A DNA stretch of 64,000 nucleotides from Phoronis australis (taxonomy: Eukaryota; Animalia; Phoronida), in the NCBI GenBank assembly GCA_002633005.1, contig NMRA01000078.1:634336-698335 (forward strand). Reading direction: 5' to 3'. Numbering within the stretch: the stretch's first letter is position 1; each line of letters starts with the position of its first letter. Shown here one piece after another: positions 1 to 10,958 of this stretch. Under the pieces are notes generated by a model that did not search any database, had not been told where the DNA came from, and worked only from the letters and a program-made list of their open reading frames with translations. A program made the position numbers and the translations under genes.

Positions 1-189
1 TGGTCTGCTGTGAGTATTGCTCGGTGTGACAGTCGCTCAGTCCGGGGGTGAACTGCTTGCGCTAGTGGTGTCAGTCTTGCTCAACGTCATGCAGCGCCAT
101 CACCCGTCGAATGAAGTTTTCAAATTTTACCAATTCTTTTATCGATTGAGCTAGCCTTGTATATAACCCAACATCATCCTATATTGATA

Positions 190-440
190 CTCAGGGTGGT
201 GTCAATACATGTACTCATGGTATGAAGTCAGCCACCTAACGCCATCATCAGGCTCAGAGTGGTATCATGCATGTGCTGATGGTATGAAGTCAGCCACCTA
301 ACGCCATCTTGAGGCTCAGGGTAGGCCTATACACGAACTGAAGGTGTGAAGTCAACTACCTTATGTCATCACGACTCTTAGGGTGGTACCGTACATGTGC
401 TGATGGTATGAAGTCGGCCACGTAATGCCATCATGAACCT
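190..440. repeat. Degenerate minisatellite, about 4 copies of a ~61-bp unit
   Basis: The core ATGGTATGAAGTCAGCCACCTAACGCCATC recurs near 218, 279, 340 and 403, and the intervening sequence is also similar (GGCTCAG(A/G)GTGGT...CATGTGCTG). Confidence 0.85.
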
Positions 441-1712
441 CCAGGTGGTTTCTAATACTGGTAGTATTAAACCATCAACCAACACCACCATATGTTGATG
501 GGTGACATCACAATATAGATTTATAATCTGGAGCACCGTTAAGTTCAAGATTCAGTGAAAAACGAGCTCCAAGTAACTGTGAGGAATTGGTCTCGGTTAT
601 CCCATTATTGTTTCTTGATAGGCCGTCTGGAATAGCCTACTTGGGACGGTCAAAATTCCAGAGCAAAATGAAATTTTTTCCCCGTATGATGAAGATTTCA
701 CTCCTTGTTGAACATATTTCTCCGAGTTTGATTCTTTGCGGTTGCGACTACTATCAGTACTGCTCTTGAGTTAATGAAGAAGTTGCAAAATGCTTAAAAA
801 TTATATATGCACCACATTATTTTTGACATTTGATATTTTTGTCACTTGACCTTGACATGTCATTCTAATTTGACTTTTCTGAACCTACCTTTTATTACTG
901 TGTAAGCATTCCATCTTCATCACCTACATGTACAGTATAATCTCGCCTGTTCAAAACATAATATGGCTGACAGCTGAAATTTTACTTTTTTCATACTGGC
1001 ATAAAATACATACCGTGTCTAACTTTTGTATGGTATCTATTACAGGGTTTTATGAAAATTTGTGGGCACTCATAACGTAAGGATACCTTGAAAAGGGGAA
1101 AGGGTAATTTTGGATATTATTTTTCTCTGCAATCGATGAGACTTTATTGTTCTTGTTGGAGTGAGTCTCAGCCTTAATTATCCTTTTTTGTAGGAAATGA
1201 CCCAGTTCATTCTTGACCACTGTCAAGTTCCCCTTCTCGTGATTGGCGTTTCTCTTGTGACAACTATGTCTTGTATCGGTACTTGTAATAAACTGTTTTC
1301 AAATGTGAACAAAGTCGTCAGACAACTTTTTTTTGTTCAGTCACTCCATTTTAATCGTGTTTTCAACTATAAAACCACTTTCTAGTGATTACACATGTGA
1401 TGCTGTTTTATCCTTGCAATGTGTGTTTTTTTCACTTGTGATGTTATTTTGTTTTTGTAATATGGGCTGCATTCAGTTGTGACATCTTTCACTCTTGTGG
1501 TGTGCAGTTTTCACGTGACAGTTTATCTAGGAGTCCACCTCTTACGTCTGACAATTTTTATTTCTATGACGTGCATTTTCCACGTGTAATTTCTGCCATG
1601 TGCGGTTTTTTGTGACTACTTATACTGTCGCAATACATTGCTTTCACATGTGAGAATTTTGATTTTTGCATCGTTATGTTTACCCTAACATAACCAATCT
1701 TGATATTTGCAG

Positions 1713-1871
1713 AAGATAGGTCTGACATTGGTCAACCAAGTGTGCAACTCGATAGGTGCCATCCCAACTTCTGTCACCAATATTCCCCCGAAATTCCCCG
1801 TGGTGGAGATATACGGATATCTAGAAGGGACCAGTGCCTTGCTCATCAAGGAAAGGAGTGCTTATCTACAG
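1713..1871 (+). CDS. Gene A exon: small 4-Cys extracellular module of a SEA-like-domain transmembrane mucin
   Basis: Acceptor tttgcag and donor G|gtattc, phase 1-1. Reads DRSDIGQPSVQLDRCHPNFCHQYSPEIPRGGDIRISRRDQCLAHQGKECLST. Homologous to exon 28175-28321, including the downstream intron start (gtattcg.tgttca). Confidence 0.8.
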
Positions 1872-2929
1872 GTATTCGCTGTTCATCTGTAAATGGCCAA
1901 CTCAACGAATAAATGGATCAAACGTTTTGTCAGTAATTTGATTGTGCTGAGAGGATTTTTCTTATTTACGAGCACCGTGTAAAAACAAATTGATTTGAAG
2001 ACATTGTTCTGTTGATTTTTTTCCAGAAATATTCACATTGAGTTTTTACAGGCACATTCCCATACATTTAAATTCGCTACTACCAAAAGCTGTTTTGTTA
2101 ACTGTGGTTAACAGCAAATTTAAGCGTTAGTGTCCCCATCAACTTTTCGATACATAGTTCAGCAAAGTTATAGCCAAGTAGCGCTACCCCGTTGGTCATA
2201 TACGTTGCTGTTCTTGCCAGTGCTTGACATCAAGGGTTGGCTATTTGTTTTATATTGTTGCATGATTTTTTTTGGTTGAAATTAAACCTTCCGCAAACCC
2301 TTCTTTCATTGTAAAACTTGATTTTGCTTGGACCACTTTCGAATTATGAAAATGACCTCAACTTGTTCCTTACTCAAATTTTGCATGATTTTGTGGCTTG
2401 GAAAGAACCTCAGACTCCATTTTTGTTTTACATCAGGCTTGACAGTGTGGGGAAGGGTCACGACACTTGACCTTAGTGGGCTACTTGTCTCAGCTTTCAA
2501 CAACATTGCATGCACATAGTAAATTGATACAGTTTTTTATAATTCGAAGTGACAGCTCTCACCTGTTTCACCAAACAGAAGTTGAAAAACTTTAAGCTGT
2601 TGGGTATTCCTGAAATGTGTAAAAGTATACCGGGATAATCGACCACTCGTTCAACAGCTGGTGCTGATAAATAAAGATCCCTGTTTTAACATTTGAATAG
2701 CTTGAAAGCAGAAAATAGTCCGTCCACATTCCTCATTTTGTGCATTTTGACCTGGTTCCTGCTAATTCCACTCTGCGCCACTCAGCGAATTTTGAGTGGT
2801 CCATTCCTTTTGAAACGCGAACAATTATCTCCAGGAAGAACTACACACTAGACAGTCGCACTGTGTATGGTGTAGTGCACAGTCTGCTTGTTTTAATTTC
2901 CATAGAGTCAATTCTTATTCCTTTTGCAG

Positions 2930-3027
2930 TCACCAGCTCCCCACCACTGAAGATCACCACAGCACAAACCACTCCTGTGCCTCCTAAAGTGGCGCCCACT
3001 GTTGCCACGGTTGTCAGCAAAGACGAT
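2930..3027 (+). CDS. Gene A exon: short Thr/Pro/Val-rich mucin-like stalk
   Basis: Acceptor cttttgcag and donor gtaggt, phase 1-0. Reads (V)TSSPPLKITTAQTTPVPPKVAPTVATVVSKDD. Same phase pattern as the mucin exons of gene B. Confidence 0.75.
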
Positions 3028-3826
3028 GTAGGTATAAGCAGTGTTTATGCTTAGGTGCCATGCTGGGGTGCCTCCTGCAGATTTGAGCTCTATCCTGATG
3101 GGCTGGGCAAGCAGGACTGGGCGATATTTTTGGATTGTAGGTGGTGGCCATAATTGGAAGCAGCTGGCAATCTGCTGGTCCTCAAGGAAATGCTGACCAG
3201 TATCAGTATCAGTATCAAACGATTTCACTCTGTGGTCCACTGATGTTGTGTGACAGAGATGATCTGCATGGAGGAATTTTGATTTCATGAGGGCACACGG
3301 CATGGTCCACAGTGGTAGTCACTTCCTGTTTGAGGCTCCTGTTGACCGATGTGACACTTTTCATCTGGATACTCATCAAATCGGCATCACGAATAGACTT
3401 GAACATTAGTTAATCTGAGACTTCCCGCTTATGATTTTGACATGAACTCGAGCAAAGCTCTTCCTTTGGTAACGCTTCACTTGTTTTTGTCTTCCTGATT
3501 GCATACATGTGTAAAGCATTGGGCAGCATGCATGCTGCGTCAGGCCATTTGTCACGCTGAAACTCGATTTGCTTTAAGTGCTTTGCAGACTGACGCAAGT
3601 TGAAGATCCATAGGTCCTGTAAACCAATCCACTAATTTGTAAATCAAGACTATGATGGCTTTTGAAGTTTTAATTAAAATCCACTGGTTGTTAAAAGTGC
3701 CTACATATGGTCTTTAATATAGAAAATTCCGTGATGGTGAACATGCTCAAACTAGCCTCTGGAGCAACACGGGATGATTGAGAAACAAATCCGTGTCTGG
3801 AATTTTATCTTCTTTTTTATTTGCAG

Positions 3827-3886
3827 GCAAAACACAGTGTAAGGATTGTGATGAGGTCTGGTTCAAAGTCACACTCCCAAGATTAT
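3827..3886 (+). CDS. Gene A exon: first strand of the SEA-like domain
   Basis: Acceptor tttatttgcag and donor gtaagg, phase 0-0. Reads AKHSVRIVMRSGSKSHSQDY. The paralogous exon 39042-39104 is open only in this frame (SKQSVRIVVK...). Confidence 0.8.
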
Positions 3887-4761
3887 GTAAGGATTTTTTC
3901 TATGTTTGCCCGATCTTGGCTATATGCTGGTTCATTACATCTGGATTAGTTAAGATGCTGAATAAAAGACCTTACCCCTGTCACCCCTCAAAAGTTTGAA
4001 TCACGCTTTAATGCCCATTTTCAAAGACAAAAAGGATTGCTAAAATTACCGCTTTTCAGGACGCTTGCTGCATTGTTGCAAGTTTCCCAAATTTATCAAA
4101 TGTTTGGTGACAGCTGAACAGTGCTAGTCATGCCAACCATAAGGTAAAGTTTTCTTGTAGTTTTTAATGTTGTTGATAAAATAGACAAAACGAACTTCTA
4201 CTTGTTGACTATATTGCGTCCTTGCCATGTGAACCTTATTTAATAGGGCCATCCCGGATTACACGACGGTAGAACTTTCCGTTGTCCTGGAGATAAGAAA
4301 GCGCTTACTGAGCTCGTTTTGGAACTCAGGCACATCTCGTTGATAACGGGAAGTCGTTCATGGATATTTGACCAGTTTATCAAACTTTGTCACGTCAGCA
4401 CAGTAGTAATACTTCGTTGGCATTGGAAGGACGAACAGAGTAACACGACTGAGTAAAACTTTTAAGAATCGGTCAACAAAAAATAACCTAAGAAACTTCA
4501 TTGGCACAAAAACGAGACAGCAAATGTGTCTGACGGATGTTAAGGCATTGTGCGTAAAAACAACGAGTTTCCAATGTCCCTGTGTAATGCAGGACGGCCC
4601 TTTTGTTCAACTCCACGACGTTGTCTCAAGCGAGACGAAATACCAGACAACTTATTTGTGTGCATCACTGTATTAAGTGTTTTGAATTATTGACTTCCGT
4701 TATTTTTCTCACTATCAAGAGCTTGGGATACTGTACCTGATGCAAGATCGGATTGCTGCTT

Positions 4762-5271
4762 ATTATAAGTTAAGGCTACTTAAATGTTAATGAAAGGATT
4801 TTCCAGCTGAACATGTCATGTATTATTTAAAGATAACAACACATAGGGTTGTAATCGATTGGCTACATATTTTATGCTTTTTTGACTTAGCAGGATTTTT
4901 GCATCATATACTGGGGAACCCAATGTTCGTCCGCCTAAGCACAAAACCGACTTCCTGTTGTACTCACCGAATTATTCCACTTCAAAGTTATGATCTGAAT
5001 AGGATTCGATTTAACTCTCACAGATATACCGCATTCATCGATTCGGAAGTTTTCTTTAATTTGTGCCGAGTTATTTCAAATGTGCACTGCCTTCGGCAGC
5101 CATTTTATTGTGACACCTAAGNATTATAAGTTAAGGCTACTTAAATGTTAATGTACGGATTTTCCAGCTGAACATGTCATGTATTATTTAAAGATAACAA
5201 CACATAGGGTTGTAATCGATTGGCTAGATATTTTATGCTTTTTTGACTTAGCAGGATTTTTGCATCATATA
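4762..5271. repeat. 149-bp near-identical duplication (4762-4910 / 5123-5271) across a single-N join
   Basis: Direct repeat with offset 361 and a few substitutions. The N at 5122 sits exactly at the start of copy 2. Probable haplotype overlap. Confidence 0.85.
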
Positions 5272-5609
5272 TCTGTTCCAACTCTGTTTGGAAAACTGGT
5301 ACGTCAAACCTGTCGTCTTTTCTATTATATACTGTAGGTACATGTTTTGAGTACTTTGTGCGTTGAGCTCCAATGTTGAAAAATCTTGCCTCTTGTTAAC
5401 AACTGTTGAGTAATCTTGAGAAAGATTGCTTGCTAGTAACATAATTCAAGCTGACTAACGTTGCACTCTCACTGACTAGAGTACTCCATCACCTGTTTGC
5501 GCGTGTCCACGTAGCTTGCGCAGCACACTTAAGTGCGCTAAACTAAAGACGTCCGCATCATTGCAAGCAAGGACATTTGAGTTTATTGTAAAAATTTGAA
5601 TGAGAAAGG

Positions 5610-5890
5610 CTTAAAAACTTAAACGATATTGGCCAAGTATAACTAATATAGACCAAGCATAAATAATTGTGGCTTAGGTTAAATAATATTGGCCTGTCTT
5701 AAAAGTATTGGCTTATCTTAAGTAATATTGACCTGGCTTAAGTTTTATTGGAACATCTGAAGTAAAATGGGCCTAGCTTAAACAAAACTGGCGTAGCTTA
5801 AATAGTATTGGCCTGTCTTAAATGTTATTGAACTAGCTTGAATAATATTGGCATAGCTTAAATAACATTGGCTTAGCTTAAATAATGTTA
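5610..5890. repeat. Degenerate ~21-bp tandem repeat (AATATTGGCCTAGCTTAAAT-like)
   Basis: ATTGGC...CTTAA motifs recur at ~21-bp spacing about a dozen times. Confidence 0.75.
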
Positions 5891-6063
5891 TATTATGCTT
5901 TAAGCTTATATTACTCAGTAAAATTCAATCAAGCTTGGTGTCCATGCTCATCCTAGACCAGGAAACGTAATTTCCAGCACGGGGTTCATCTATAAATTCA
6001 ACTTTGTGTTCTTTTTTCATCATGATTACTTGAACTGGTTGTCATGATTGCGTTTATTGACAG

Positions 6064-6256
6064 GTGGTGACGATAATAAATCACCTACAGTTGGTACTCA
6101 ACTGGCTGTACTCCCAATTCCGGAAAGAGGTGAGATTCCAACGGGCGACTGACATTAGTGATGACATAGAGATTTTGATGCTGCCATCTTCTCCTAAAGA
6201 GCTGCCAGATGGGTCTCTAGAGATTGACTTTGTGGCTAAGAATAAAACGACCAATG
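6064..6256 (+). CDS. Gene A exon: core of the SEA-like domain
   Basis: Acceptor ttgacag and donor G|gtagta, phase 0-1. Reads VVTIINHLQLVLNWLYSQFRKEVRFQRATDISDDIEILMLPSSPKELPDGSLEIDFVAKNKTTN. Clear paralog at 39909-40080. GSLEI resembles the SEA GSVVV motif. Confidence 0.85.
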
Positions 6257-7214
6257 GTAGTATTTTTAACCTTTCCAGCTAATATGCTAGATTTGCAATT
6301 TATTATTTTCAAAAGTTGATTTTGCCCACTTTACTGTTCTGGAGATCGACATATTTTCAAAAAATGGATTTTTCTCTCCTAACTTTCAAAATAGGTTTCT
6401 TTATTCCATTAGAAGCATGTTTAAGATTATATCTTTCTAGCACTACTCCAAGGACAATGAGACAGCACCATTTGTTTATCTGGCTCATTCAACTGCTGCA
6501 GCACCTCCTTGTGGCCCAAAGAAACTTATCGTCCGCCATTCACCTTGGGCGCATTGAATGTCCCGGCTTTGCTCTCGATAGGAAGAGGGTGGGGTTTACG
6601 TGGAAACCTCATTATGTATAGCCCATAGATTAAGATGTCTATGGTATAGCCGCAGTTGAGTGAATACCCATAATGCATGTGTCGGCTGTCACTCTCTACG
6701 GCCACCATTTAGGTGGTGGTGCACCATCAAAAATAAAAACTAAGCAATTCAAATTAAATTCCTTTAAGTTTGAAAATATTTGGAGTTCTGTTGAACGAGC
6801 ATAATTTGGACTCAAGTTTGTCTGAACTAACTATTAGTTAAAATCTGTTTCGTGAAGTTTTTTAATAAAATAAAGCAGAATGATTGTCTTTAATAAATAC
6901 TGTAACTAATATATCTGTGAATTAATGAGATGTGTTGACCGGAATGTTGGAACTTTGGTGCACTGTTCCAAATAGTCTTGCTTAAGTTACTGGTGACTGT
7001 TTATCACGTTGAAAAAAATTGGAATGAAATTAAGTCCTGCACTGTATTCATTCCTCCAACTGAAAACCTTGATCAGTTAGGCCACAGTGTTTGACACTAT
7101 TTATGATCAGTGAGCTTGGTAGTTCTAATATCTATATCCACCATCACAGCCCTGGTGGTGTGAAAAGGCAGGATAGTGTTCTGTTGAATTGTAATAAAAG
7201 ATTTATTTATCCAG

Positions 7215-7282
7215 AAATTATCCCGGAAGAGAAACTGATGAAGATACTAAAAGATCCTGAATTTAAGAAGGCGTTTGAAAAA
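7215..7282 (+). CDS. Gene A exon: C-terminal helix of the SEA-like domain
   Basis: Acceptor ttatccag and donor gtgagt, phase 1-0. Reads (E)IIPEEKLMKILKDPEFKKAFEK. Paralog 41156-41223 has the same 68-nt length. Confidence 0.85.
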
Positions 7283-7923
7283 GTGAGTTATTTACTTTAC
7301 ATGGTGATGGTAATCTTTCATACGCATAAAACTCTTAAAGTTAACAAATTATAAATCCTCAGAAGGAGTCAGTCTGCTCTGTTGGGCGAAATTCACGAGT
7401 TCCAGAAGTTCTGTATCTACATTTTCTTGCGTTATTTCCGGTTAAATACATATTTAGGTAGGCGCATCTTTTTGTGAAATTGCCAATATCCAGAATTGGT
7501 GTCTTAGCATGAAACACCCACTAGGATGTCACCTGACGCGGCTGAAGGGCTAGCAACTGAATTTTCGTGGGGAACTAGGAAGTGTTCAAATTAAACCAAC
7601 TTTAAGACGTCCCGTCTCTTTTAAGTTAAATCTCCTCGCAGGCAACACTTACTATAAGTTATTGTAGCTCATGTCATTGTGTAAATGATCCTTCAATTTA
7701 GAATTTCCTCATATGTTTTTCAACAAAAGTAAGAATAAAAGAAAGGCTTCATTGTCACCAAGATTTGTAGCCGGTAGCTGTCACCATAAAACAGGTGCTG
7801 CCAGCTTGTATTGATGTAGTTTGAAAATAATATGTGCTCCTCCTGAACTTATTTCGCAGATGTCCTATGTAGTAAATCAGATGACTATTAAGCCCGGGTC
7901 CATGTGCCTGCTTTTCTCTATAG

Positions 7924-8148
7924 GAAGGTTATGAGTTGGTGTCATATGGCCCTGATCCCGGATTGGGTAAACCGACGCCTGATGCGACCACTGGTGATGA
8001 CGATGAGACGGTATTTGAGGCACACATGGGTCTGTGGATCTCAATGATGGTTATAGCTGCCATCTGTGTCATCATCATTATCATCGGCATAATCTACATG
8101 TGCTGTCGTCAGCAACGATATGGTTTCTTGACACCCCGCACAGGAAAG
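7924..8148 (+). CDS. Gene A exon: juxtamembrane stalk, single transmembrane helix and stop-transfer
   Basis: Acceptor ttctctatag and donor AAG|gtaact, phase 0-0. Contains LWISMMVIAAICVIIIIIGIIYMCC followed by RQQR. Confidence 0.85.
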
Positions 8149-9098
8149 GTAACTGGCAATTAGTCGTTCAGGTTATGTAACACCCAAGAAAAATGTCCCA
8201 AGTTTGTCTAACATCGTATCTCAGAAGTAGCTGGTCGGGTTCAAATAAAACTCTCAGGTGCTGTGTTTTATGCACTGTTTTACAAAGTTATCTTAGGAAT
8301 TTCTTTTAAAGTTTTCCTCTTTTGTATGAGGGACAATCAAATATAGGACTTGCATGATTTTTTTCAAAATTCCTGGACTAAATGCAGTGATGGAAATCCC
8401 GGGCAGAATATTGGGATTTTTGGGAACGAATCACCTCTGCAGTGTTTTGTGTGATCTCTGTAAAACTTAATGACTATTTTGAAAAAAATNTTTCATACGC
8501 ATAAAACTCTTAAAGTTAACAAATTATAAATCCTCAGCAGGAGTCAGTCTGCTCTGTTGGGCGAAATTCACGAGTTCCAGAGGTTCTGTATCTACATTTT
8601 CTTGCGTTATTTCTGGTTAAATACATATTTAGGTAGGCGCATCTTTTTGTGAAATTGCCAATATCCAGAATTGGTGTCTTAGCATGAAACACCCACTAGG
8701 ATGTCATCTGACGCTGCTGAAGGGCTCGCAATTGAATTTTCGTGGGGAACTCGGAAGTTTTCAAATTAAACCAACTTTAAGACGTCCCGTCTCTTTTAAG
8801 TTAACTCTCCTCGCAGGCAACACTTACTATAAGTTATTGTAGCTCATGTCATTGTGTAAATGATCCTTCAGTTTAGAATTTCCTCATATGTTTTTCAACA
8901 AAAGTAATAATGAAAGAAAGGCTTCATTGTCACCAAGATTTGTAGTCGGTTGCTGTAACCCTAAAACAGGTGCTGACAGCTTGTATTGATGTAGTTTGAA
9001 AATAATATGTGCTCCTCCTGAACTTATTTCGCAGATGTCCTGTGTAGTAAATTAGATGACTCTTAAGCCCGGGTCCATGTTTCTGCTTTTCTCTATAG

Positions 9099-9323
9099 GA
9101 AGGTTATGAGTTGGTGTCATATGGCCCTGATCCCGGATTGGGTAAACCGACGCCTGATGCGACCACTGGTGATGACGATGAGACGGTATTTGAGGCACAC
9201 ATGGGTCTGTGGATCGCAATGATGGTTATAGCTGCCATCTGTGTCATCATCATTATCATCGGCATAATCTACATGTGCTGTCGTCAGCAACGACATGGTT
9301 TCTTGACACCCCGCACAGGAAAG
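9099..9323 (+). CDS. Second (probably allelic) copy of the gene A TM exon
   Basis: Identical splice sites. Two amino-acid differences: S>A in the TM helix and Y>H after it. Confidence 0.6.
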
Positions 9324-10263
9324 GTAACTGGCAATTAGTCGTTCAGGTTATGTAACACCCAAGAAAAATGTCCCAAGTTTGTCTAACATCGTATCTCAGA
9401 AGTAGCTGGTCGGGTTCAAATAAAACTCTCAGGTGCTGTGTTTTATGCACTGTTTTACAAAGTTATCTTAGGAATTTCTTTTAAAGTTTTCCTCTTTTGT
9501 ATGAAGGACAATCAAATATAGGACTTGCATGATTTTTTTCAAAATTCCTAGACTAAATGCAGTGATGGAAATCCCGGGCAGAATATTGGGATTTTTGGGA
9601 ACGAATCACCTCTGCAGTGTTTTGTGTGATCTCTGTAAAACTTAATGACTATTTTGAAAAAAATGGCGTATTGTTGTACATGATTGCGCACAAATGGATA
9701 TAATTTTTTGCCCATAGCACTGTTGTGATGAACAAGTATTTTGACAGAATACTGTTTTCTCCAGTGAATAATCAGCGTCAAACTGGTTCCCAAAATCCGA
9801 GATCCGTGTTGCGACTATTGATGTTTCAAGTATTAAGACTGAAATGGAAATTAATTGAAGAAGTTTATCCTCGCTGCAATGGTAGCGATTTCTCTAATTA
9901 CAGGTGATTTCTCATCTTGTTAAGAACTGAGAGTTTGTTGTTTCTAGTTATGCACTGAACATGATCCTAAGTAATAGTGAACTGCCGTTTATAATTATTT
10001 CAAGCCCACAAGCGGCTTTTCATCTGAGTAGTGAACAAGTTTAGACAAGTTTCGGAGCGACTGGTGTAGTAGTCAAAACTTGCTTTCTTTTGTCGCTAAA
10101 AAGCGGTTGATAGCTTTTATTATGGGATAATTAGAGCCACTTTCTTCTCCCAATATAGCAATTATCTTGTCACAAGCCTCACTTGGAAACATCGCAGCCT
10201 TGATCCTGTGTGGTGTTTTATACGTGTATCTCTGCCTTCGCTCATTCTGTTCTGGTCTCACAG

Positions 10264-10411
10264 GGGCTAGTGAATGATCCTGAGAGGGGTGAGAACGGTC
10301 AGGGCAACCCTATTCCTGATGATGAAATTGTAAAAGATGAACAACCCATGTTAGAGAAGGAGGTGCCTAATGGAAATGGTGTGCCAATCACAAAGCTGGA
10401 TGAAGAGAATT
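10264..10411 (+). CDS. Gene A exon: acidic cytoplasmic tail
   Basis: Acceptor ctcacag and donor gtaggc, phase 0-1. Reads GLVNDPERGENGQGNPIPDDEIVKDEQPMLEKEVPNGNGVPITKLDEEN. Paralog 48930-49074 shares ENGQGNPxPxDEIV. Confidence 0.85.
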
Positions 10412-10884
10412 GTAGGCGGGACTTGTTGTCAATCATGCAGAATTAGTTGGTTGATTGACAGGTGTCGCTCATAACTGTCTTATCTTTCATGTGAAATGTC
10501 TTATGGCTTTATTGGTGGATAAACTGTTTTTTCTTGGTTTCCCTGAATGCGCATTAGTTTATTTATACAGTATGGTATTGTCATTAGAGAAGAAATTAAA
10601 CAAGAAATTCTTGTTGCAATCATGTATTACATTTTCGATTCGGGTGATTAACATAGCACTTAAGAAGGCTTATTCGCTAGTCTTGCTCACTCTAGTCTAT
10701 GCAAATAATGTAAAAATTGTCACCTTTTTATCTTTGTTATTTGCGGTGGACACACTGGGCGCATATGAAGACTGTTCCATGCTATGTCAAATGGTGCGGG
10801 TGATATTACAACTTTGCATTTTTGGTAAGAGCTTTTCTTTGGTAAATGATACAGTTAGTAATATTATTGATGTAAGGTTTGCAG

Positions 10885-10958
10885 ATTGAGTGGAACCTAT
10901 CGATGAGTTAGCCCATGAAGACAAGGACAAATCAGAAGGGGATTATACGAGACTGTAA
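10885..10958 (+). CDS. Gene A probable last coding exon: either Y-TGA immediately, or VEPIDELAHEDKDKSEGDYTRL* via a GAG acceptor 6 nt downstream or readthrough
   Basis: Acceptor tttgcag at 10882-10884. In the phase-1 frame TGA falls at 10887-10889, followed by an acidic 22-codon tail ending YTRL-TAA. ATTAAA at ~11729 and ~11740 could be poly(A) signals. Confidence 0.6.

Larger units (their letters stand above)
7316..9664. repeat. 1174-bp near-identical tandem duplication (7316-8489 / 8491-9664) across a single-N join; likely two haplotypes
   Basis: Constant offset 1175, no indels seen, roughly 25-30 substitutions by eye. The N at 8490 is exactly at the junction. Confidence 0.9.

Noticed and set aside
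1-15. GTGAGT donor at position 10 as the end of gene A's signal-peptide exon
   Set aside because: Only 9 nt are visible. A direct phase-1 splice to 1713 would create TAA unless the NAGNAG acceptor at 1715 or another exon is used. It cannot be supported.
190-440. ~30-bp motif recurring at ~61-bp spacing, superficially CRISPR-like
   Set aside because: The 'spacers' are homologous to each other, the context is eukaryotic and there are no cas genes. It is a minisatellite.
5252-5298. Possible small exon (GFLHHISVPTLFGKL) with AG/GT boundaries
   Set aside because: It is phase 1-0 and would break the frame between the phase-0 ends at 3886 and 6064. It has no counterpart in gene B.
10455-10889. 144-aa hydrophobic ORF
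   Set aside because: Lies in the T-rich last intron of gene A, has a non-ATG start, has no counterpart in B, and its hydrophobicity reflects base composition.
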